Shown: positions 29,050-39,237, counted from the stretch's first letter. The stretch: DNA of 64,000 bases from an uncultured Ignavibacteriaceae bacterium (GCA_963809415.1 CAWEJJ010000005.1:41573-105572); one strand, 5' to 3'. The notes: generated by a model not told the origin, from the letters alone. Translations and numbers: made by a program.

Positions 29050-30705
29050 TCATAATCTATATTTAAGCAGATTGCTATAAACTTTATTGTTGCTTAACAG
29101 GTTAATAGCAGTAGAAAATTGATTATCATATTTCAACCGTTCACGAATCCCGGCATCAATTCCTGAAAATCTATGTGCTAATTCAATTCTTAATTCTGCA
29201 ATAATGTCCTGTTTATTTTTATCAAATTCAAAATCAAACAAACTGGAAATTTGTTCTTTCAATTTTTTAACTGTCTCTTCAATTTTTTCTGAATTTTCTT
29301 CTTTATCTAATAATTTAACAACTTCGTTTAATTTTTTTTCAGCTAAAGATTGATAACTATAATCTGAAGCGATTAAATATTTCTTAAACTCGCTTAGTAT
29401 TTTATTATCATTTAACTTATAAAATGAAGCATTCTCATTTGCATAATAATATTTATCAGCAAAATTAAAAACTAACCCTTTGGCTAAAAGATCTTTTATT
29501 AAATCACTTTCGATTACTTCATTAACTGTTGTGTCAGGAGTAATTCCACCTGCGCTATATACAATTCTTTTATTATCAGTAGTAAATGCATCTGTTTTCA
29601 AGGAGTCAGGATATGTAATTACACTATTATCTTTCGAATAATCCACTTTCTGAATACATCTTCCGCTTGGTGTATAATATCTTGCAGTAGTTACCTTTAA
29701 GGAAGTATTAAAACTTAAAGGAGTAATTGTTTGAACTAATCCTTTCCCAAAAGATTGCGTACCTAATACAATACCCCGATCATGATCCTGTATTGCACCA
29801 GCAACAATTTCCGAAGCTGAAGCACTACCGCCATTTATTAAGACAATTAATTTTTCATTTCCTGCCAAAGGTTCTTCACTTGCAAAATATTTTTTTTCAC
29901 TTTCAGAGCTTCTTCCTCTTGTAGATACAATAAGCAAATCTTTATTTAAGAATTTATCACAAACATCTACAGCAACATCTAATAATCCACCCGGATTATC
30001 CCGTAAATCGAGAACAATGGATTTTATTTCTCTTTCTTCTCTAAGTTTTATTAAAGCATTCCTAATTTCATCACTGGCAGATCGGCTAAAGTTGGATAAC
30101 TTTAAATAAACGTTCCCTGAGTTTTCTGGATAAAAATCTGCAAACACAAGTGTTCTCACAATTATTTCTTCTCTCTTAAGATTAAACGTAAGTGTGTCTT
30201 GTTCAGATGTTCTTAATACTTTTAATTTAACATCAGTACCGGGCTCTCCTTTTACAAGAGAAGAAATATCGTCAATTATTCCAGGATTAACATTAGTTTC
30301 ATTAATTTTTATAATCACGTCTCCAATTCTAACACCTTGTTTTTGTGCAGAGTATCCATCCAGTACTTCCAGAACAGTTACATTATCGTTCCGAACACCA
30401 ATTGATACGCCAACACCACCATATTTACCATTGGTTAAAACATCAATATCATCTTGATTTTTTTCATCGATAAAAACTGTATAGGGGTCAAGTTTATTAA
30501 GCATTCCTTTAATACCTGCACGCATAAATTCCTGCGGGTCAATTTCATCAACATAATTGAATGAAATTTCTTTATAAACTTTTCCAAAGAGTTCAAGGTT
30601 TTTACTTATCTCAAAATAAATATCACTTTTGCTTACAACAAAACCAAATGTAAGTAACACAATAAATGATAATGATGTAAACAAAATTATTTTTCGTCGC
30701 TTCAT
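29050..30705 (-). CDS. ctpA: S41-family carboxyl-terminal processing peptidase
   Basis: 551 aa with a signal anchor, a PDZ region (GVRIGDVIIKINETNV), a catalytic Ser context GGSASASEIVAGAIQD, and a Lys context SFGKGLVQ. Confidence 0.9.
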   Translation of the reverse strand: MKRRKIILFTSLSFIVLLTFGFVVSKSDIYFEISKNLELFGKVYKEISFNYVDEIDPQEFMRAGIKGMLNKLDPYTVFIDEKNQDDIDVLTNGKYGGVGVSIGVRNDNVTVLEVLDGYSAQKQGVRIGDVIIKINETNVNPGIIDDISSLVKGEPGTDVKLKVLRTSEQDTLTFNLKREEIIVRTLVFADFYPENSGNVYLKLSNFSRSASDEIRNALIKLREEREIKSIVLDLRDNPGGLLDVAVDVCDKFLNKDLLIVSTRGRSSESEKKYFASEEPLAGNEKLIVLINGGSASASEIVAGAIQDHDRGIVLGTQSFGKGLVQTITPLSFNTSLKVTTARYYTPSGRCIQKVDYSKDNSVITYPDSLKTDAFTTDNKRIVYSAGGITPDTTVNEVIESDLIKDLLAKGLVFNFADKYYYANENASFYKLNDNKILSEFKKYLIASDYSYQSLAEKKLNEVVKLLDKEENSEKIEETVKKLKEQISSLFDFEFDKNKQDIIAELRIELAHRFSGIDAGIRERLKYDNQFSTAINLLSNNKVYSNLLKYRL

Positions 30706-31328
30706 ATATATTTTACACCTTCCAAAGTATTTATTTCATATACTATCTTATGATGAATTTGTTCTATTGATTCAGTTCCATCGAGAACCCGGAAACGACT
30801 TTCTCTCGTCGCTAATTCCAGGTAACCAACTCGTACTTTTTCATAAAAATTATTATTAGACAATTCAATTCTATCCAAATCAGAACGGGATTTATTTCTT
30901 TTGCGTTCCAATGCAACATTTGTCGGGATATCAATTATAAATGTTAAATCGGGTATTGTATTACCGATTGCCAAATTATGGATATTTATTATAGCATCAA
31001 GTGTCAAACCCCGTCCATAACCTTGGTAGGCTGTTGAAGAGTCATGAAATCGATCTGATATAACGTAATAATCAGCTTCAAGATATGGACGGATTACTTC
31101 TCTAACTAATTGCGCACGGCTCGCAGAGAATAAAAATATTTCCGTTTCCATTACCATAGCATTATTTTTTTTATCAAGAAGTATATCTCTAATCTTTTCA
31201 GATATTACCGTGCCACCGGGTTCTCGAATTAAGTGAACATTCTTATTCTGTTTTAAAAGATATTCTTTTAGTAATTCAACTTGTGTGGATTTACCACAAA
31301 AATCTATTCCTTCAAATGTAATGAACAT
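30702..31328 (-). CDS. tmk: dTMP (thymidylate) kinase
   Basis: 208 aa with P-loop FEGIDFCGKSTQ, a DRF motif, and a LID region. Confidence 0.9.
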   Translation of the reverse strand: MFITFEGIDFCGKSTQVELLKEYLLKQNKNVHLIREPGGTVISEKIRDILLDKKNNAMVMETEIFLFSASRAQLVREVIRPYLEADYYVISDRFHDSSTAYQGYGRGLTLDAIINIHNLAIGNTIPDLTFIIDIPTNVALERKRNKSRSDLDRIELSNNNFYEKVRVGYLELATRESRFRVLDGTESIEQIHHKIVYEINTLEGVKYI

Positions 31329-31349
31329 ATATAAACTATAGCTTTCTAT

Positions 31350-32264
31350 TTATTCAAATTTCTTAATAATGTATTTGAGATCCGAAGGTTTAGTAAACAA
31401 CAGTTCAGTATTGGGAGGAATATTAACTTTCGGTTTAATACTTCCCAGGGTATCAAGTATTACATCTTTATAATCTATTGATGCAGTAATTTGATTAGCA
31501 GTTACTTTTCCAATAATATTAATTCCACCTCTTAAACTGCAGCTAATTGTGTTTGGAATAAGAACAACCTCGCGGTCAACAGGAATATTTTTAACTGTTA
31601 CTTTTATCCCATCAAAAGAATTATCGACTATTCTTTGAACATTTAAAGTTAATTCGACCTTTTGTTGTTGAAATTCAAAACCAGGAATATTTTCTAATTC
31701 TGTAATAATTTTCTCTTTACTATCAAGAGAGGTATAAAAAACTTTTTGTGTCTTAATCAAAAAAGTTTTTTCTATTATATTTTTAGGACCTGCGGCTATA
31801 ATTGAATCGGGATAAATTTTGATTGGAGTAGCCAAACCATAGCCAGGCTGAAACGTAATATCCGTATTTGATTCAACTTTTATTTTCTTAAAAACTAATT
31901 TTTCAACTTTTAAAGAAATATTTCTCGGTGCAATATCGATGACTGAAATACCTGAACCAAGCCACGTATTTTCAGGAATTTGATCATAAGCATTAACGGT
32001 AATATTCCCACTATCATCATCAGCCGATACTAAAAATTCAGTCGCTGGATTCAACCCCAGATTAAAAAGCTGCCATCCTTTCGCTTTTAATTTTATTGCT
32101 ACATTTGGTGGGTTTGTAATTCCGCAAACATATCCTTTTGGCGTATTGATAACTCCTACAGCAAGATCATAAGAATTATAAAATTGATCCGAAAGAGTTA
32201 TTGAGCCCCACACAAGAATAGCAAATACTAAAGAAAAAAATATTATTGTTACTTTATGTTTCAA
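31350..32264 (-). CDS. YbbR-like domain-containing protein
   Basis: 304 aa with an N-terminal TM followed by repeated beta-rich modules of about 85 aa, with the V.V.G....I..I pattern typical of YbbR/CdaR repeats. This is a pattern-level call only. Confidence 0.55.
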   Translation of the reverse strand: MKHKVTIIFFSLVFAILVWGSITLSDQFYNSYDLAVGVINTPKGYVCGITNPPNVAIKLKAKGWQLFNLGLNPATEFLVSADDDSGNITVNAYDQIPENTWLGSGISVIDIAPRNISLKVEKLVFKKIKVESNTDITFQPGYGLATPIKIYPDSIIAAGPKNIIEKTFLIKTQKVFYTSLDSKEKIITELENIPGFEFQQQKVELTLNVQRIVDNSFDGIKVTVKNIPVDREVVLIPNTISCSLRGGINIIGKVTANQITASIDYKDVILDTLGSIKPKVNIPPNTELLFTKPSDLKYIIKKFE

Positions 32265-32305
32265 TCATTAACCTAAAACAATTTAATTTAGATAATAACT
32301 TGCAA

Positions 32306-33112
32306 TTAATTTAATCTTTTAAATAAATCAACCAACTCATCTCGTGTAGCACGTGAAATTTGCCTACCCTTAATCGGAAAATTTTCAAACTCACGGGCAT
32401 AGTGCCTTAACTTGTGTACATTCATTTCTTTTACTAATGAAAAGTTAATTTTGGAATAATTTAATTCGATATTTTTATTTCCCTTTATCCTTTTCGTAGA
32501 ATCTATCATTTCACTTTTTGTTTCTTTCTTAGATAATCCCAAAGCTTCTTTACGCAATCTTTCAATTGTACTTAACGATTTTACTGAAGCTACACTTTGT
32601 TCAACAATGATTTTTGATTCAGGATTATTTTTCTCTTTAATATCAATGGCTACCTGATCTTTGAAATTTTTTGTTCCTTCTGAATCAACTTTTTTAATCA
32701 AATCATCTACTGGAGCTTTAATGTTTGTCTTATTGGAAATAATATTATTTTTTTTATTAATAATTTCTCTATCAGATAGCTCCAAACCTGATTCGCTTCT
32801 TTCCGTTTTTTGTATAGAAATTTGTTTTTCTTTTAAAGTAAATAATTCAGACAAAAGTTCTAACAATTCACTACCAGGATTATCTATTACCGAGTGAGCA
32901 TAAATCTCTCCTACTCTTTTCCCGGCATCTACTGCTGATTCTACTGCTGATTTAACATATTCAGAATCACCTGAAACAAATAATGAAACTATACCGTTAT
33001 CCAATTTTTTAACTCCAATTATTTCTATAGGAGAATTTTTAAGGATTACATCAGCGGCTTCAATTAAAGTTATTAATCCCTTAGATTCAATTAATCCAAT
33101 AGAATTATTCAT
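32306..33112 (-). CDS. BMC (bacterial microcompartment shell, BMC-H type) domain protein with a 180-aa C-terminal extension ending in a HeH/Rho_N-like motif
   Basis: Residues 1-90 (SIGLIESKGLITLIEAADVILKNSPIEIIGVKKLDNGIVSLFVSGDSEYVKSAVESAVDAGKRVGEIYAHSVIDNP) align position by position with PduA/EutM. A K/E/S/N-rich linker follows, then MNVHKLRHYAREFENFPIKGRQISRATRDELVDLFKRLN. Confidence 0.8.
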   Translation of the reverse strand: MNNSIGLIESKGLITLIEAADVILKNSPIEIIGVKKLDNGIVSLFVSGDSEYVKSAVESAVDAGKRVGEIYAHSVIDNPGSELLELLSELFTLKEKQISIQKTERSESGLELSDREIINKKNNIISNKTNIKAPVDDLIKKVDSEGTKNFKDQVAIDIKEKNNPESKIIVEQSVASVKSLSTIERLRKEALGLSKKETKSEMIDSTKRIKGNKNIELNYSKINFSLVKEMNVHKLRHYAREFENFPIKGRQISRATRDELVDLFKRLN

Positions 33113-33396
33113 AAGCCATTTCTTTCCAGATTAAATTTTAGAAGCAAATCTTTATGGGGCATCGGAATTATATGAGAACTTCTGAATCCGTCTGTAGAAT
33201 TTAAAACGTCTGCTCCATTTTGAAGTGCTTTACGAATTGCTCCCAATTCACCTTTTATAAAAACCGAAACAATTCCATCTCCCAAAAATTGCTTACCAAT
33301 AAATTTCACACCATTTGTTTTTTTAATTTCATTAATCGCTTTTAATGAACCAGAGAAGCTGTTTGTTTCTAATATGCCTAAAGATTCAAGTGGCAA
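33109..33396 (-). CDS. BMC-H (bacterial microcompartment shell) domain protein
   Basis: 95 aa. LESLGILETNSFSGSLKAINEIKKTNGVKFIGKQFLGDGIVSVFIKGELGAIRKALQNGADVL...SSHIIPMPHKDL matches the PduA pattern ALGMVETKG...AADAMVK...GSGLVTVIVRGDVGAVKAA...VHVIPRPH. A 4-nt ATGA overlap links it to the next BMC gene. Confidence 0.8.
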   Translation of the reverse strand: MPLESLGILETNSFSGSLKAINEIKKTNGVKFIGKQFLGDGIVSVFIKGELGAIRKALQNGADVLNSTDGFRSSHIIPMPHKDLLLKFNLERNGL

Positions 33397-33461
33397 AAGC
33401 GTGCTCCCTAAATAATTTTTGACATTAAAAAATAGACTGTATAAAATGCAAAGTCAATTAG

Positions 33462-33893
33462 TTAATTTCTTCTTACGGAATCTAAATACTCCTGCAATAT
33501 TATTGAGGCGGAATTCATATCAACTAAAGATTTGTCCTGTCTTTTCTTTTTGCTTGAAACAGATTGCAAAATTTTTTGTTCTGCAATTACAGAAGTATAT
33601 GTTTCGTCCCAAAGAATAACTTCTAATTTGAATTTAGCTTCTAAATCCGATTTAAATTTCTTTACACTTTCTACAATGGAAGTTGGTGATACTTTAAATT
33701 CATTCGGAATTCCAAGAATGATTTTAATAATTTCTTTTTCGTTTATAATTTTTTCTAGTTCGAAAAACTTTTCATTATCATTCTTAATAGTCTTATAAGA
33801 ATACGCAAAGGTTTTTAATGGATCGGAGAGCGAAATGCCAATTCTTTTTCTGCCAAAATCAATCCCCATAATTCGTGTTTCATCAAATGGCAT
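33462..33893 (-). CDS. ruvX: Holliday junction resolvase-like protein RuvX (YqgF)
   Basis: 143 aa with IMGIDFGRKRIGISLSD (the YqgF N-terminal acidic motif) and a C-terminal DE..TS...A pattern. Confidence 0.85.
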   Translation of the reverse strand: MPFDETRIMGIDFGRKRIGISLSDPLKTFAYSYKTIKNDNEKFFELEKIINEKEIIKIILGIPNEFKVSPTSIVESVKKFKSDLEAKFKLEVILWDETYTSVIAEQKILQSVSSKKKRQDKSLVDMNSASIILQEYLDSVRRN

Positions 33894-33895
33894 AA

Positions 33896-36071
33896 TTAGC
33901 TGCCCTCGAACCTTTCAACATTATAAATCCCCTGCACTTTTTTTAATCTCTCAATTATTCTGTTCAGATGATCAAGATTGTTAACGTAAACGGCAACACT
34001 TCCCTCAAATGCAGACTCACTTGTATTTATATTTATTGATTTAATATTTGTGTTTTGGTAATGTAACAATTGAATGAGATACATCATTAATAATTCCCGG
34101 TCTATCCTTCCCTCTAACAGAAATTCCCGCAACAAATAATGATCCTTCTGCCGCAGGCCATTGAACATTAACTAATTTACTTGCATCGTTTGTCGTTAAG
34201 TTAATTAAGTTGGGGCAGGTTTTCCTATGTATTTTAATACCTTCTCCCACAGTTATATATCCAATTACCGGATCACCAGGAATTGGGTTGCAACATTTCG
34301 CATACGTATAAAGAATACCTGATTTTTTACCATCAACTAAAATTCCACCAATATCTGTTCTTGCAACATTTGCAAACTTCTTAAACTCAGCGTCCTTCTC
34401 ATATTCTTTTTCATCCTTTTGATTGTTAGCAGTTAGCACTTGATCAATATTAATAAAGTTTTGAGCAACTGCCTTAAAGAATTGTCTTGTGTTATCAAAT
34501 TTGTTTGAGTGGGCAATTTGTAAAACATCATCAGAAGTAAAAGAAAGTTTCATTTTTTTTAATTTCTTTTCCCAGATTTCAATTCCGCTATCTACAATTG
34601 CCTGCTCTTCCTTATTTAACCATTTTCTTATTTCATTTTTAGCTTTTTGAGTTTTAACAAACTTTATCCAGTTTTTATTTGGATGCTGGTTTTTTGAGCT
34701 GATAATTTCTACCTGATCACCACTATGCAACTCGGTATCAAGTGGAACAATTTTTCCATCAATCTTTGCCCCGATGCAATGAAATCCGACTTTACTATGA
34801 ATTTCAAAAGCAAAATCCACTGTTGATAGAGCCTAACAGGTAACCTCTTCAAATCACCTTTAGGTGTAAAGACATAAATTTCATCCTGATAAAGATTTAG
34901 TCTAAAATTTTCTAGCAGCTCTTTTTTCTGATCATCCTTAGATGCATTTTCAAAAATATCCCGTATCCAGTTTACCCAGTTTTCAAAATCCTTATCTGTA
35001 GCAGTTTTATTTTCTTTATATTTCCAATGAGCCGCAACACCTTTTTCAGCAACTTCATGCATTTTCTTTGTTCGAATTTGTACTTCAACCAACCTTTCCT
35101 TCAGGTCCAACAACTGTCGTATGAATTGATTGATAGTTATTTGTCTTGGGTATTGAGATATAATCTTTAAATCTATCCGGAACAGGTAAATATATTTGAT
35201 TAACTATACCAAGCGAAGTGTAACATTCATTCCAATTTTCAGTATCAAGAATAATTCTTATCGCAAAAAGATCATAAATTTCTTCAAATGGTTTATTCCT
35301 TCTTACCATTTTTCGGTAAATACTATAAAGATGTTTTGGTCTTCCGCTCAATTCATATTTAAGCTTTGCTTCATCAAGTTTCTCTTTAATAGGTTCAGAA
35401 AACTTTTTGATATAAGATTCTCTGTCTCTTCTTTTTGCTTTTAATTTACGGGCAAGCTCTTCATAAGCTTCACGGTTAAGATATTTGAAGGAAAGATCTT
35501 CCAGTTCCCACTTAACTTTTCCCAATCCAAAACGATGAGCAAATGGAGCATAAATTTCTAAAGTTTCCTGAGCAATTCTTCTTTGTTTATCAGGATTTAC
35601 GAATTCTAAAGTTCGCATATTATGAAGCCGATCCGCAAACTTTACAAGAATAACCCTAACATCCTTCACCATCGAAAGGAGCAGTTTACGATAATTTTCA
35701 GCTTTGTTTATTTCATGACCGCGAAAAATTCCACTGATCTTAGTAACTCCATCAACAATTTCAGCGATTTCTTTGCCAAATTCTCTACTTATTAAATCGT
35801 AATTAAAATCGGTATCTTCAATTACATCGTGTAACAGAGCACTAACAATCGTAACATCATCAAGAGGAAATTCCTCTGCAACAATCATAGCAACTTCGTA
35901 TGGATGCGTAAAGTAAGGTTCACCGGAAGCCCGGACATCATTTTTATGTGCTTCTAAACTGACCTCAAAGGCTTTTGAGATTAATGCTTCATCAACCATA
36001 AGAATATTTTTCTTACAAACCTTTATAAGATTTTCAAGCATTTTTTGATATTTAGGATTGCTAACAGCCAT
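33896..36071 (-). pseudogene. relA: Bifunctional (p)ppGpp synthetase/hydrolase RelA/SpoT homologue, broken into four ORFs by single-base indels
   Basis: Fragments are 35085..36071 (HD hydrolase, HDVIEDT), 34709..35113 (synthetase, VEVQIRTKKMHEVAEKGVAAHWKYK), 34041..34820 (TGS, DFAFEIHSKVGFHCIGAKIDGKIVPL) and 33896..34168 (ACT). The summed length of 725 codons equals a normal RSH protein. Confidence 0.9.
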
Positions 36072-36164
36072 TTCGTCTAAAATCTGGATACATTTAATAA
36101 ATTAAAGACAATTTAATTTTTTTAAATGATTAGTTAAAGGGCTAGAATTATCTTTTAGGAAGAT

Positions 36165-37205
36165 TTATTTAAGCTGAAGTTCGTTTTTTAAGTTTATTAC
36201 TCTCGTAAGTCTTTCGTGCAATTTATCGAGTTCGAAAGAATTGTAGCCTTTTATTGACAGGATCTCTTCACAAAGTTTAAGTGCTTCTGCTCGTTTACCT
36301 ATTTTAACAAATTGCTGAGCAATTAAATGTTTTAGAGTAACCACATTTATTTTGTTGGATTCTAATTCTTTTGGATAGGAGTCAAGTACTTCACTATAAA
36401 GCTTAGCTGATTTTTCGGAGTTTACATTTTCATAGGCTCTCGCCAAATCCCATTTAAATATTCTTGATTGTGGATTATTTAATAGAGCAGCTTCCGAAAT
36501 TTTAATTGCCTGCTGATACTCCTCTTGTTCTATATAAATCCATATTAAAGAATGCACTGCAAGATGTGAATTATACCCGGAATGTTTAATTGCTTTTTGA
36601 AGATATTCTATTCCTAAATCCTTTTCATCCGGAACAAATGGCAGCCAACTTAAAATTTCAGTTTTTTTACTTCTCCAAAATTTATAACTGCCAATCGCAA
36701 TTAGAGATTCATAAAAATTATTATCAAGTTCTAAACAATATTCAAACGCAGAGACAGAGCTTAAACCTGTAGAGAAAGCCGGCAGCCAATCATGATTTAG
36801 TGCATCATAGTATGCACTGTAGCCCATTGTTAAAGCTAAAAAGTAATTATACCAAATATTTTTATCATCAGTTTTCAGCAATCTTTCTGAAGTTTTTTTT
36901 GCTCCATCAAGATATTTTGTAATTAGGTTATCATCAAATTGTACACCATAATCGTAAGATTTCGCAATTTGAGTTGCAGCTAAATAAATTTTGCCAAGCG
37001 GTAAATCTTTTCTTGATTTATCCAATTGGTCAAATAATTTTTCAGCATCATTATATTTTTGATCAATTATAAATTGTATTCCTGCTTTAAGAATTTTATG
37101 GATTGATTTATCAGGATAAACCTGAGCATAGGTATTGATCGAATTGATAAGTAATAAAAGCGGAATTATAGTTATTAACTTAAAGCGTACCAAAAGTTCT
37201 ATCAC
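36165..37205 (-). CDS. TPR-like repeat protein with signal peptide (hypothetical)
   Basis: 346 aa with a hydrophobic N-terminus ending in TYAQ, and helical repeat character. It has a GTG start overlapping the end of upp by 26 nt. Confidence 0.45.
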   Translation of the reverse strand: MIELLVRFKLITIIPLLLLINSINTYAQVYPDKSIHKILKAGIQFIIDQKYNDAEKLFDQLDKSRKDLPLGKIYLAATQIAKSYDYGVQFDDNLITKYLDGAKKTSERLLKTDDKNIWYNYFLALTMGYSAYYDALNHDWLPAFSTGLSSVSAFEYCLELDNNFYESLIAIGSYKFWRSKKTEILSWLPFVPDEKDLGIEYLQKAIKHSGYNSHLAVHSLIWIYIEQEEYQQAIKISEAALLNNPQSRIFKWDLARAYENVNSEKSAKLYSEVLDSYPKELESNKINVVTLKHLIAQQFVKIGKRAEALKLCEEILSIKGYNSFELDKLHERLTRVINLKNELQLK

Positions 37206-37809
37206 CTGCGTCCCCCAATCCCGGAAGAATATATCCCTTGCTGTTTAACTCACGATCCAAAGCTGCAGCAAATATTTTAACATCAGGATGTTGTGTCTCA
37301 ATTTTTTTTATACCTTCAGGTGAGGCAACAAGGCAGGCAAAAACTAATTTTGTTGCACCTCTTTTCTTAAGATACTTTAAAGCTTCGGAAGCACTACCGC
37401 CTGTAGCAAGCATCGGATCAAGCATAATAACTTCTGATGTTTCCAGATTTTTTGGTACTTTATAATAGTATTCTATTGGTTGCAACGTTTCTTCATCACG
37501 CTGCAATCCAATATGCCCAACTTTTGCTTCAGGAATTATTTGTAAAAATCCATTTACCATTCCCAACCCTGCTCTTAATACAGGAACAAGAATTACATCT
37601 TGAGTAAGTTTACTCCCAGTGGTTTTCTCAAGCGGTGTTTCAATATCTACTGGGGATAACTTAAAATTTTTTGAAATCTCAACAGCTAATACATTAGATA
37701 CTCTTTGCAATGCAGCGCGAAAAGTTTCTGAGGTTGTTTTGACATCACGTAATATCGTAACATCTCTTTTAATTAAAGGATGTTCAATTAACATAAAATT
37801 TTTATTCAT
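37180..37809 (-). CDS. upp: Uracil phosphoribosyltransferase
   Basis: 209 aa with the PRPP loop IMLDPMLATGGSA and the C-terminal YILPGLGDAGDRTFGT motif. Confidence 0.92.
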   Translation of the reverse strand: MNKNFMLIEHPLIKRDVTILRDVKTTSETFRAALQRVSNVLAVEISKNFKLSPVDIETPLEKTTGSKLTQDVILVPVLRAGLGMVNGFLQIIPEAKVGHIGLQRDEETLQPIEYYYKVPKNLETSEVIMLDPMLATGGSASEALKYLKKRGATKLVFACLVASPEGIKKIETQHPDVKIFAAALDRELNSKGYILPGLGDAGDRTFGTL

Positions 37810-37822
37810 AAACTATTGTTGA

Positions 37823-39133
37823 TTATTTTTGTCTAAAACTAACGGTTATTGGAACACCTTCAAAACCGTAAGTCCTTCTGATCAATCTTTCTAAAAATCT
37901 ACGATAATTATCTGGAATATATTTGGGGAAATTGGAGAAGAATAAAAATATTGGATAGTGGTCACCTACCTGTGAAATAAATTTAATTTTTACTTCCTTA
38001 CCTGTTGGAGATGCTGGCGGAGGATTTCTTTCAATTTCTGGAAGAAGTGTGTCATTTAATTCTGCTGTAGGAATTTTTTTAATTCTTTCATTCTGTACCT
38101 TTTTGCTTAAATCAATCAGCTTAAAAATCCTCTGCTTGGTTAATGCAGAAATAAAAATAACCGGAGCAAAATCAACCGTGCCTAACTTCTCTTTTATGGA
38201 GACTTCAAACTCACGAGCTGTATTCGTTTCTTTTTCTATCAGATCCCATTTATTAATTGCAATGATTAACCCGCGTCTCCATCGTACAACTTCATCAATA
38301 ATTTTCTGATCTTGTTTCTCAAATCCTGTGCTGGCATCAAGAAGTAAAACTGTAACATCACTTTCGCTTATCGCTTTAAAAGTCCTTAGATTTGAAAAAA
38401 ATTCAATGCTTTCTTCAACTTTCTTTTTCTTTCTTAATCCGGCGGTATCAATAAGTATTATTTCTTCGCCATAATATTTTAAGATAGAATCCAGACTATC
38501 ACGTGTTGTACCGGGAATATCAGTAACAATACTACGTTCAACTCCTAAAAGTGCATTGGTTAAAGAAGATTTTCCGACATTTGGTCTGCCAACAACTGCA
38601 ATTTTTAGTCTTTTATCTTCCTCAAGTAAATCTTCAGTTAGAAAATCTTTTGTAATATCATCAAGCAAATCACCTGTATGTCTTCCGCTAAGTGCTGAAA
38701 TATCATAAACCGTTTTAACACCCATACCGTAAAATTCTGATGCAGCAGCAACATGTACTTCAGCATCAACCTTATTAACCACTAAATAATATTTTTTATT
38801 TGATTGTCGGAGCATATCAATAATAATTTTATCAAATGGATTTACACCAGCTTTAACATCAACAAGGAAAATAATTGAATCGGCTTCATCAATTGCAAGC
38901 TCAACTTGCTCCCTGATAGCAGTCTCAAATAAATCAGATGAATCCGGGACATAACCACCGGTATCAATTAAACGGAATCGTTTTCCGTTCCAATCACCTT
39001 CGCCATAATTTCTATCGCGCGTAACACCGCTTTTATCATCAACTATGGCTTCTCTTTTGCCAAGTAATCTGTTAAAGAGTGTTGATTTTCCTACATTGGG
39101 CCTGCCAACTATCGCTACTAATGGTAATTTCAT
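37823..39133 (-). CDS. der: Ribosome biogenesis GTPase Der (EngA)
   Basis: 436 aa with two tandem G domains, each carrying GRPNVGKS(T/S)L, DTGG/DTAG and NKxD, plus a KH-like C-terminus. Confidence 0.95.
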   Translation of the reverse strand: MKLPLVAIVGRPNVGKSTLFNRLLGKREAIVDDKSGVTRDRNYGEGDWNGKRFRLIDTGGYVPDSSDLFETAIREQVELAIDEADSIIFLVDVKAGVNPFDKIIIDMLRQSNKKYYLVVNKVDAEVHVAAASEFYGMGVKTVYDISALSGRHTGDLLDDITKDFLTEDLLEEDKRLKIAVVGRPNVGKSSLTNALLGVERSIVTDIPGTTRDSLDSILKYYGEEIILIDTAGLRKKKKVEESIEFFSNLRTFKAISESDVTVLLLDASTGFEKQDQKIIDEVVRWRRGLIIAINKWDLIEKETNTAREFEVSIKEKLGTVDFAPVIFISALTKQRIFKLIDLSKKVQNERIKKIPTAELNDTLLPEIERNPPPASPTGKEVKIKFISQVGDHYPIFLFFSNFPKYIPDNYRRFLERLIRRTYGFEGVPITVSFRQK

Positions 39134-39237
39134 ATTTAAAAATAAAGAAATAAGATCTGGGAATGAAAAAGAGTAATTAATAAAATCGACACGACTATAA
39201 AGATGACATTTCTTCCAAATATGTCACCTTTATATAA

